Origin: Monocercomonoides exilis PA203 | Lineage: Eukaryota; Protista; Preaxostyla | DNA length: 64,000 nucleotides | Direction: 5' to 3' | NCBI GenBank assembly: GCA_001643675.2 | Contig: LSRY02000042.1 | Coordinates: 744,001-808,000, forward strand | Part shown: piece after piece, positions 52,201-62,650 of the stretch | How positions within the stretch are numbered: position 1 is the first letter of the stretch | Layout of the letters: every line of letters begins with the position of its first letter | Position numbers and translations under genes: made by a program | The notes under the pieces: generated by a model | Seen by the model: only the letters and a program-made list of their open reading frames with translations | Databases searched by the model: none | What the model was told of the DNA's origin: nothing

Positions 52201-52984
52201 TGAAATGGGATTAGATTTTTTGTTTTTTTTTTATGATGAAGAAGTAGAAGATTGTTTTTTATTTGAAGAAGAATTTTCAGTAATAATTTCATCTTCCCAC
52301 GCTGCTTCGTCAATAAATCTCGCATAATCCTGCTCTGCTCGCAGCTTTTTCTTTGCTGACTGAAGCGAAGTTGAAGCTTCAGTTGAATGGGCTAACATCC
52401 AGTTGTTGCCCTTTTCCCAATCCTGTTCATTTAAGCCTAAATTTACAGTGAAAATTATTCAAAAAATAAATAAACAAATGCAAACCACTTTTGCAAGACG
52501 GAAGGTGAGGTTTTTGTGGAGGAATGATAAATCCTTGGTTCTTTTTGAGCGTTTGCTTCGCATATATAAATTTTCCTTCTGTGACATCATATCCATAGTC
52601 TTGTAAATCGGATAATGATGTGTTTCGAGACAACGCCTGCAGCATTGTTGTCTGAGTGTGCAACGGAGCGTTGTTGTACACCACAGACAGGTCTTCCAGC
52701 AGCTTAATATGATATTCTATTTCAAAAAAGAATAAATATATAACAAATCAAAAAATAAATAATAACAGAGAGTTAAAATTATATTTATAACACAATACAT
52801 AAATATTAAGAACCAAACCATTCAAAGACTTCAGTAAATCATTAATCACTGAAGATGATTGCCTGTAAGTGTAAAACAAATAGGCAAGCAACGAATCCAC
52901 ATCATCTCCGCCAATTCGTTTAATTTCGTTCCAAATAACTTTGCATCGAGAATTAAGAGTTGATTGAGGTTTCAAAAAAGACAT
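49276..52984 (-). pseudogene. USP (peptidase C19) deubiquitinase-Sola-like DDD transposase fusion gene; exons 52984-52819, 52716-52486, 52436-49276; two in-frame nonsense codons (TAA 52233-52231, TGA 50217-50215)
   Basis: Exons total 3558 nt (1186 codons) in one frame with GTTTG..AG introns. USP: GLQNLGNTCYMASLLQCM, QQNVTEAF, CQKC/YCNDC, FPEVLAL, GHYIAVVK, WNICNDSDI. Transposase: TDLCGMC...H...A..QR..Y, VFDFKEKWKLP, FFSDCLSND, FFCDSGPHNRN, NFFAEHHGKNICDSEFG, VPHMKDYLYF. Confidence 0.8.
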
Positions 52985-53766
52985 TTTTGTGAAATTCTTT
53001 ATTTATTATGGAATTTTCAATATGAAAAAATCCTAAAAATTCCATAGTCATTCATTGTTTTTTTAATTATTATTTCAAAATTTTTTTGAATTTTTTTTTC
53101 TTGCTCACTATTTTATATTATTAAAAGATATATAGTTATCCAAAAAGCTCATAAATAAAATCACAAAATTTTAAAAAAATAAATTCAAAAAATCTAATAA
53201 TTAACCAAATTAAATATAAAACAGATTTTCTTTTCTTCTATTTTTAATTAATATTGAGTTGTTTGATTTCAGCAAAAAATATGTTTTTTCAAGAATAAAT
53301 ATAATGAGAGATGAAAGTTTGGAAAAACTTTTTGATTTTTTTATTTTAATTCAATTGACAAAATTGCAAATATATGTTTGGATGAGTAATTAAAATATTT
53401 GAAATTATGATTAAAAATATTTTTTTCACAAGTGCAACCTTGAAGAAATTATATGTTTTTTAGTTTTAATCGTTCAAAATCAAATGTAAAATTCTTTTTA
53501 TTTGAACGATAATGATGAAACACATTTTGTTCAATTTATAAATTTTTGGTAAACCACTCGAGATAATTTATTCTTTTAAAATTTTGAAGATTTAAAAAAG
53601 TGAAAAAAAATTATTCATTTTCAAAACTTTTATTAATAAAATTGAAAATATTTCTCTCAATATAAGCAGAAAAACAACACAATATTTCTGAAAATGATGC
53701 CAGAATGTTAAAAATTTGTGCAAATAACGAAGGATAAATAATCATCTCATAACACTTAAGTCAGAC

Positions 53767-53951
53767 AATTGGGGCAAAATTTTTTGCTTTATGAATTTTG
53801 TTCCATTCTTCTCTAACAAATATTTATCTCAATTCTTGAATTTTTCTGAAATTATTTGCATTGTTACGGTTGATTTATAATGAAATGATTGTAGAAAAAG
53901 TTTGGAACGAATCTCAGTATTTTTCATAATTGCAAAAATTTTGCCCCAATT
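53767..53951 (+). mobile_element. 185-bp MITE-like element, family B, copy 2
   Basis: TIRs AATTGGGGCAAAATTTTTTGC / GCAAAAATTTTGCCCCAATT. Same size as, and homologous to, 32754-32940 in the opposite orientation. Confidence 0.7.
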
Positions 53952-54015
53952 TAATGTTCAAATAAAATGATTATGGATATGATCATAAGGAAAAAATATA
54001 TTTAAGGTATCCCAC

Positions 54016-54115
54016 GAGGGTCACACCTTGGGTGGCATTTTTTTTGCACGAATCGATTTGTTGTTATGAAGGTGTGTGAAACATATCAAAAAAAGGGGTA
54101 CCAAGGTGTGACCTC
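54016..54115. repeat. 100-bp inverted-repeat unit with GAG...CTC ends
   Basis: GAGGGTCACACCTTGGGT versus ACCAAGGTGTGACCTC: a 13-bp perfect core GGTCACACCTTGG, with imperfect extension through T-run/A-run. Confidence 0.7.
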
Positions 54116-54473
54116 TTTTTCGAAAAATGTATCTCAAATTTTCAGATCAAAAATCTATGAAAATTTTTCGCTTTTTTGTTCTTTCAAGAACGAGAAAATG
54201 CTTATATTCTATTAGTGTTCATACGCTTCATAATTATTAAAACAACAATATTCATTAAAAATGATTTAAAAAAATGTGTTTTGAACTCTTTTCAAAGAGA
54301 AAAAATTCCATAACTTTATTTCAAAATGTTCTTTCAACAATTTTTCTCCACATTGACGTTGCATCGAGGTTTGTTTTTTGTTTATTTATGATAAAAACAC
54401 ATGTTTTTTAAACAAATCTTTCTTCTAGACAATCAATATGTGTTCTTTCTTTGTTTTAAGTGAAAATATTTGT

Positions 54474-55189
54474 ATGATGGTTGTGGAAATGAAGCTGTTT
54501 GGCAAAAAACAGTCGAGGGCAGTTTGGTCTTTATTAATTTTTCTTTATATGAATATCTGCTTATTAACATTTTTTGTGTTTCTTTCAGGGCAACAGGCGG
54601 AAAAGATTGAAAATGAATAAAAGCGGGATATCTCATTATGCAGGGTGACCATAAAGTTGGGAGAGCGAATTCATACGAAAAGTGCCCAAGATGAAGGGAT
54701 TGGGAAGGGAATTGGAGATGATATTTTCAGACGAGAAACAAGGATATTTTTCAATGAGAAAGATGAAATTGAAGAAAATACATAAGTTTCACATTTTTCA
54801 GAAGAACCAGAAATCGATGCATTTAATAGAAAAATGACTTCTGGAAAGGACGATTAGCGAATCAGATGAAGAAATATTTGAAAATGGAAGGAATAATGAA
54901 TTTTTATTGGAGGGAAATGAGCTTTGTCAATGGAATAAAATATAGAAAATTGCCTATAAAAATGATTAGAAGGTTTGTTGTTGTTGTTGTTGTTGTTGTT
55001 TTGAAGTGATTATAATTTTTTCATTCAGGTTGCTGAAAGAGTGAGGGATTAGATGGCTTTGAAGAAGAAAAAGAAAAGTGGGGAAGAAAAATACAGATAG
55101 ATGAAATGCGAGATATTTCGAAGATCCCTGGCATTGGGCTTTGGCGAAGAATTATTTTTGAGGAAAGATGATTTTTTGTGAAAGAAGGG
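54474..55189 (+). repeat. 716-bp inverted duplication, right copy
   Basis: Reverse complement of 42819-43534, including the (GTT)n/(AAC)n tract. Confidence 0.95.
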
Positions 55190-58100
55190 AAGCGAAAAAG
55201 GAAGAGACGGAATGAAAAAGGGATTTACATAGCTTTCCAATTTTTTGTTGGCGAGGGGGGATGATAGAGCTGAATATTTGATGGATTTGGAGGATCTTAT
55301 TTGGCAGAAAAAGATATATTAATAAAGAAGATGTTATCAAGAAAAGGTAATTTCTGGTGAACTTCTCCGCTGTTGATTGATACGTTTCTCTTCAAAATTC
55401 TCGATCTTCAGTAACCTCAAAAATTCACTTCTGCTTTTTCAACAAACGAGGCAAAACCACATCACATGCCTTCTCCTTCTTTTTTATCTTCCTCGTCCTC
55501 TTCCTCGCCCTCTTCTTCTTCTTCCAAATCCACCACCGACTCTCGGTCAGAAGCGATGAGCGTGATGAAGACGGAACCGGAGATGAGCTTTGATTCGACT
55601 TCTCGTTTTTCCTCCGAATGTTTCGTGAGCGGAGTGGTTGTTGGCGTGTTTGAGGACAACGTGGCAGTGGGAAAGCACGGCATCTTTCAGAACAAGCAGC
55701 AGTGAGGAGAAATGGCAGGGAAATAGATGAGAAGAGCGAGAAAGAGAAAGAGAAGAAAAGAGGGAGATGGAAATGGAGAGGGAGAGGAGGAAGATAGAGG
55801 AAGATGAGATAAATATTAAGAGGAAGAAGGAGTAATGAGTGATTCAGAACACAAAAAGCAAAGATACGAAGAAATGGCAAAACAGAAGATACAAAAAGAT
55901 GAAGGATGAATTAAGCAAGCTGCAAAAAGAAGAATTTGACTGGAGCGAATCGAACTTCTTCAGAGAGCAGGTGATCAAAGAAGCAATTGAAGACAGTCCT
56001 GATGCGATGTTTGGGAACAAAATACAGAAAAGAAGGCGAAGCAAAAAGAACACAAACGGAATTCGTCACGAATGCGGGATACAGACCCAAGAAATCATCG
56101 GAATACATCATCATCATCATCTTCTTTTTCTTTACACAGCAATTCTCTCCATCGATCTGCTTATTCTGACTCCTTCTACGAAGCGAGTGAAGATGAAAAA
56201 GACAAAGAAAACAACGAAGCAAACGACTTTACAGATGACTCAGATTATCCATAACATGCTAGGCAATCAGCAGAACGAGATGTTCGAATGGATTTTGGCT
56301 CAACCTGCGTCTTCAAAGCGAATCAAGTGCGACATTCGCTGATGATGCAGCCAAGTTAGTTTACAATAGGCAACTTTGTAGTGTGTGCACCGTCGATTCG
56401 ATATGGGCCGTATGGAGAGGAGGAAGAAGAGGAAGGAAAAGGAGAAGGAGTGAAAAGGAGAGAAAAAGAAGGATGAAGAGAAGGAGAAGGAAGGAGAGAA
56501 AAAAAGGAAAACAAAGTAAAAACTGAAAAAGGACTGACTTTTCGAAATTCGAAGGGTAAACAACGGATAAAAATGCAAAAAGAACAGAGAATGCATTTTT
56601 ATCACAAAATATACAACAAAAGATGTACGTCAACATCATCATCACTTGCAAGTTTCGATAAATCTAACACAAATAAATGCGAAAAATCTTCTTCCTCTTC
56701 TTCTTCTTCTTCTTCCAGCCAAATAATCTCCACATCTTGTTCTCCACACACATATTTCACCACAGATGACTGGGCGCATCTTCTCTCTTCATTCAGCAGT
56801 CATTCCAAACGATTCTATCGCAACATAAACATTTTTGGAAGAGCTGTTTCTTCGATAAGGAGAATACATCAACAATTGATGGAAGATGATTCTGAAGGGT
56901 CTTCATAAAACGAAAACGTTGAAGAAGAAGAGAACAAAGAATTTGAATCATCTCAAAATTCCAAAAAACATTTACACAAATCTCAAAATCAAACTTCTTC
57001 TTCTCCTCCTCCTCGTTCTCTTTCTTCTCCTCCTCGTTTTGAAGACCATCGTCTTCGTCCGATCAACCGACTTGCATATGTGATGAGTGTGCGGACGCTG
57101 CATCTGGTTGAGCGGTAAAACTTAACACGTTTTGTGCGCTGGTTAAAAGAGCTGGTGAGATGTGAATTTGTGGAGAATAATTATGAGCAGGCAGACGTGG
57201 AGCAGGAGTAGGAGAAAGCAACATGGCGGAACAGAACACGCTTTGAAGTGGGAGATGCAGAAGAAGAGGATGAGAAAAAGGAGAAGATGAAGGATGAAAA
57301 AGGAATAACTTCTTCTTTTGATAATTTTATTTCAAAAGAAAAATGCGATAGAGAAACGAATGGGATGAGTCAGCTTGGCAACTTGAGTGATAACAATAAA
57401 CTTGATTCGGCGACTCAATCAGAAGAATTCAGCAACTTTCAGATGGTGCTTGGCAGGAATGACAACTTTGCTCAGCTTCCAGAAACTCATTTTACATCTT
57501 CTGCTATTCTCACCTGCAACTCCGTATTCATTCACAGGCACAGAATAAACAGCAACCTACCCATTCTTCTTCATCTTCTCTTTTCTCTGCTTTTCCACTT
57601 GGTTTGCTTTGTACTTATTCTGCATGTCTTCATCCACACAGAAGAAGGGCTGGCTTTCAGATGAAGAGTTCTGTTGAGCCAGAGGCAAAAGGGAAAGATG
57701 AACCTTTTTTTTTAATAATCACAAGAATTCTGATTCATTTTGTTGAGTGCTCAGATCGAAAGGGACAGAAAGAGGAGATAATGAAGAGGTGAAATGATGA
57801 TTTGGAAGATGAAGGAGGTCGAGGAAATGAGGGAGATTGAGGTGAATTGCCATCAATGCAGATGAAAGGAGGTTATAAAAGGAATTTAGAAAAGAAATTA
57901 ACAAAGAACTTGAAAAAGTCAGAAAAGGAAATGAAGAAGAAGAGAGTGAGAGTGAAAGAGAAGGAAGAAGATGCTGAGAAGGATACGTAAACACGAAAAC
58001 CTCAGAATCTTGAGAAGGACCATTGGATGACCAAATTTATTCGTCCGAATCTGAACAATTTGAAGGAAGCGGCTGCTGAAAGAACGGAGCAGCAAGAATT

Positions 58101-60700
58101 TGTATCTTCTTTTATATCATCTTCCTTCTAATCGTCATCACGGCCAGTTGATCGTGAGGCAACTGAATGTTGCTATGTCCAAATATCTTGCTCTTTTGCT
58201 ACCTCTTTTTCGGATGGGGAGAAAGAAGCAGTAGATGAAACATGCTCAAATGCAACTTCGATCACTTTCATTACAAAACCTCCTTTAACTGCCGCCAATC
58301 TTCTTCGCAGTCTTCGACGTCTTCTTCTTCCTCTTCCTCTTCCTCTTCTTCTTCTTCTTTGTGTGCATAAACTTCATATAACACCACTTTTTCCACTTCA
58401 TTTGATTGGATTTCTTCTTTTTTTCCCTCATCGTTATATGGGATGATTACAGAAAGAAAGAAGAAGTGTATTTCTGAGGGAAAAAAAAACAGTTGAAAAT
58501 GAGAAGAAGATTGAAAAGTCAATGAAGAGAATAAAGATAAAGAGATAGGAGAATTCGTTTAGACAGGATATGATGAATGGAAATTGGTAAGTGAAAATTG
58601 CTGAGATTTCAAAAAATGAGGAAGTTAAATGGAAATGGGGAGAAGTTGGAGGAGAAGAAGATGATGAACCAGAACAGGAAAAAATGTGGAAAAAAGGAAT
58701 ACGTTGAATATCTGAATCATTCTATATGTTGCTTCTTTTTCATGAGCGTTATGGAGCACATATACGAAGAATGTGGAAGTGCGCTGAGATATGATACCGT
58801 TGAGGGAACGTTCGCGGTTGAGAAGCCACAAGGAGGTGCAGGAGAACACACCATCACCTCTCCAGTGAAAGGTGATAATGAGAGAACAGCTAGAAGGAGG
58901 TGAAGTTTTAGCAAGCGGATTAATTATTAGGGAAGACGGGGCTATTAGCGAACTTACAGCAGTTGATACAAGCACGTGTTTCTGCGGAGACTATGTTCGG
59001 CTGTTCTTCTTTTGTAATGAATCAGAAAGGCTCTTCATTTACATACACTTTCTTATGAATCAGATGCAGTGATCAATGGATCCTTGTGGCAGCTGCAGAG
59101 CGAATCCATTTATTGGGCATGTCTCGAGTACAGCTAAAGATCAATGGATAAGCGCAACTGCGCCCCAAAGGATGAAGAAGTTCCGTTTTGGAAATTGGTG
59201 CAGTTTGAGATAGACTGGATCCATGTTGCTGTTTCAGTCGTATATGTTACTGCAAAGGTTTCCAATAAAGATGGTAGTTTAGACGGAGTGCATCAAGCTG
59301 AAGGGTCTTTCTGATATTTTGATTCCAAAAAGATAAAAAAGAACAATTATACCGCTTTCAATTGCGATATACGTTGAGATAATATGCTGTGCTTAACTAT
59401 TGGATTCACCATCAAAAGCGAATTCGATTGAAGCAGTATTTTGTGTAGAGATGTTGACGTTGGGGAGAAAGACGCAGGAATTGGTAAGAGCACGAAGATC
59501 GGATTGGAAGAGGCTGAGATATCCTCTTCAAGCACAAAGAAGTATGTGGTTGAGGTGAAGATGCTTGTCGGAAGGAGAAAGGAGAGAGGAGGATACAGCA
59601 AGAGATACGACGAGGAAGGAGAAGAGGGAAGAGTGAGTGAAGGAGAATGAATAATGGGAAAAGATGTGATAGCAAATGATGATGCAGCTTGTGAGATATG
59701 ACATCAGCGAGTTGGCGAAGGCGAAATGAGCAGGAACAAGACTTTAAGAGACAGATATGATTCGAATGTTGGAAATACAAAATAAACTTTTGATACGGAG
59801 GACATCTGCGGAGGTGGGGCCCAGGGGGCAAGCGAGGAGCCGCAATGGTGCGCAGAGGAGCTGGTGCCTTGATTGACAAATATCTGGTGGGCGCGGCAGA
59901 ATGTGATGAAGGTGACTTTGTTGAAGTCGAGATCGGGGTTGGGGTCTGTGTGGGAGAAGTCAAACTCGCAGATTGACGTGTTTCAAGCGAAAGAATGCTG
60001 AGTGAAGCCGAAGGAAAAGAGGGACTAGTTGATTTGGGCGGAGATGGAGGAGCATCGGAGAAAGAGTTCCTTTTGCCTGAATACATGATTCAAGACGAAG
60101 CAGAAGTTGAGGATGCATTCGGACACGTGCAGCCACAACTTCTCGCAGTTGAGGAACACTATTGCAACTCTGCCCTCGGAAGACTCTTCGCTCACATAAC
60201 TGGTGAACACGTACGCCTCAGAAGCGCAGTCAAAGGCACATCACTTCCAAATTAACACAAGAGCTGCTCAGTTGGATGAGCGCACAATGTTGGCATTATT
60301 GGAGGAGTGAAAAACGATTATTGTTCTTTGATCTGAAGCAGACAAGCCAGCCAGAGAAGCGGAGCCATCCACAGCAGATAGGCAGATAGCCACGAGGGAA
60401 TTGCTAGGGAGCCAAGATGAGGAGACTGAGAGGAATTCAAGTCAAGCTGAAGTGGATGCAGAAACGGACACGATAAGGATGAAGAGGCGAGGGTTCAGTG
60501 GTTCAGAGACACACACACTTCTTCCGCTTCCACAATCGTTTATGAAAAAAGTGTTTGTGGAGTCAACATGGAATAAGAGCAGCGCGACAAAAGGAGAGGA
60601 GCATCTGGTAAGGATATCTGGATGAAGGATAAGAGACGAGGAAGAAATATAGAGAATCAGAAGAGAAACGAAGGGAGGAGGATAAAATGAAGATGTTCTT
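55190..60700 (+). pseudogene. long decayed gene(s) of unknown family
   Basis: GC-elevated, purine-rich plus-strand region with many short ORFs (55839, 56573, 57248, 58598, 59441, 59995, 60401) broken by stops. Confidence 0.45.
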
Positions 60701-61431
60701 GCGATAGAAGTTTATTAAGAATCAAATGCAAAAATTTGCAAATTTCTATTCAATTTTTATTATTTTCTTTGTTATTTTTCTATTTCTTTGTTTGATCAAT
60801 TTATAAGAATAGCTAATTTAAAGAATTTTTTGTTTCTATACAAAAATAAACAGCAAACTGTTGTATATCTGATAAATATCTTGTTTAACTATAATCTTTT
60901 TCGATGAAAATTTTTGAAAATTGTTCATTTTCAACAAATGTTTTAAGATCTTCAATATCAATTTGAAATTTTCTTTGTAATAACATCATAAAACTAATTT
61001 TTAATAAGAAATTGATATATTACGTATTGTTGTAATTATTATCATGTTTTACAAACCAGTGAACTTTTGATTTTTTCTGTTAATCATATTTTTAAAATTA
61101 TTTGAATAATTTTTTTAGTTTTTTTCAAAATTTGTTATAAAAACAATTTGAAACAAATTAAAATCAACAAATTAATTATTATAATTATATATTATTGCAT
61201 ATTTTCGCAAATTTTTTGGAAATATTATCTTATTAACCAAACCCTTAATGAAAAAATATTTTGATCAAACTTCGTAAATTTTTATGATATCAAAAAAAAA
61301 TCACCCATATGTTATTATCAAAAATTGATTGATATAACTTCTGCAACAACATTTCACAAATAAAAACAATGTGAACACTTTTTGTGAGTTGTTCACTTTT
61401 CAAACGAATCACGATAAATATCTAATGGTGT

Positions 61432-61785
61432 GTGCATAAACCCGCACTTGTGCAAAAACCCGCACACTTGACATTTTCTTTCGAAATACTCTTCCACATT
61501 CATATATGTGAAAGCTTTTTGCATTTTGATACCACCGGTAACTGATATATGAACAATATTAAGTATTTCGAATGAAAAATCAAAAACAAAAATATTTGAT
61601 CTAAAGATCAAAAAAGATCAAATATTTTTGTTTTTGATTTTTCATTCGAAATACTTAATATTGTTCATATATCAGTTACCGGTGGTATCAAAATGCAAAA
61701 AGCTTTCACATATATGAATGTGGAAGAGTATTTCGAAAGAAAATGTCAAGTGTGCGGGTTTTTGCACAAGTGCGGGTTTATGCAC
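61432..61785. repeat. long perfect palindrome (171-bp arms, 12-bp spacer)
   Basis: 61432-61602 is the reverse complement of 61615-61785. The identical peptide MQKAFTYMNVEEYFERKCQVCGFLHKCGFMH appears in ORFs on both strands. Confidence 0.97.
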
Positions 61786-61818
61786 CCAACTATAATAAAC
61801 ATTGAATCGCTAAGAATT

Positions 61819-62181
61819 TTCAGTTTTTCAAAATTTTTGATAAAAACAATGAAATGCGAAAAACAATCGAAAAAATAGTTAAAAACAAATAACATTTGCA
61901 ATTATAAAACTTCATTGTGTGTGTTTCATAACCTTATAGTTAAAAATATACAAAGAAAGAAAGATAGTCCAAAATGGACAAAACAAATGATCAAAAATAA
62001 ATTAAAAATTCCCAAGACCTTCATCAATTACAAAAATTGACAAGAAAAAATTTTTGTATGAACATTAAATAATTATTCAAACCTTATGCAATATGCATTT
62101 TCTATTTTTTGTTTTTATTTAGTGAGAAACTCCAATAAAAAAAAATGGTTCAGATAATTAAAATCATCACGATGAAAAAAT
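61819..62181 (-). repeat. 363-bp inverted repeat, right arm
   Basis: Reverse complement of 36805-37167. Confidence 0.95.
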
Positions 62182-62650
62182 CCCCTGTACATTTTTTGTT
62201 TAGTATTTAAAGAACATGAATATACATGTATAAATAGGAAGAGAACTTCTTAAAGTGAGTGCGAGCTAGACAAGCATAGATCCAGTGATTATGTTTAGAA
62301 CTATTCTGTTTGCACTTTCTTTTTTTGAAACTGAATATGTGAATATCATATGGAAAATTTGATAAAGCATATCCAAGAGAGCATTAAAAAAAAGTTGAAA
62401 ATAAATAAATAAATAAATAAATAAATAAAATAAACAATAACAATAAAAAATGAAAATTTGAGATATAAAACGAAATTAAATTTATTATATTAAACATTAA
62501 CATCATCGGCTGATAATTGAACTGAAAATCCAATAAACAATATCAATTGAAAAAAATGCAAATAACAATTTTCGATAAAGCAAAAAGTGAAAAAAAAAAA
62601 AATCGAAAAATTGAATGTCTGAGTTTCAGCGCACAAAGAATTTCATTTTC

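Larger units (their letters stand above)
36805..62181. mobile_element. candidate 25.4-kb composite, TIR-bounded mobile segment containing a USP-transposase fusion gene and decayed cargo
   Basis: Bounded by 363-bp inverted repeats, with a second concentric 716-bp inverted pair and a transposase gene near the centre. The TSD is ambiguous. Confidence 0.45.

Noticed and set aside
50215-52233. Alternative genetic code, selenocysteine or programmed readthrough explaining the in-frame TAA and TGA of the fusion gene
   Set aside because: Two different stop codons are involved. Calmodulin and the SPRY gene terminate at TAA, and other genes terminate at TGA. The downstream fold has AUGA on the minus strand but lacks the opposing GA of a SECIS core. 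Single substitutions (for example GGA>TGA) or sequencing errors are simpler.
49283-54013. GGGATACCATTAA / TTAAGGTATCCC as Kolobok-like TIRs of the transposase gene
   Set aside because: The motifs point outward rather than inward, and one lies inside the coding sequence.
55653-55680. GQRGSGKA, a Walker A-like peptide
   Set aside because: It lacks the final T/S, sits right after an in-frame stop and has no recognisable Walker B or ATPase context.
61393-61878. Twin CxxC-containing ORFs on opposite strands
   Set aside because: These are a by-product of the perfect palindrome, with no independent coding evidence.
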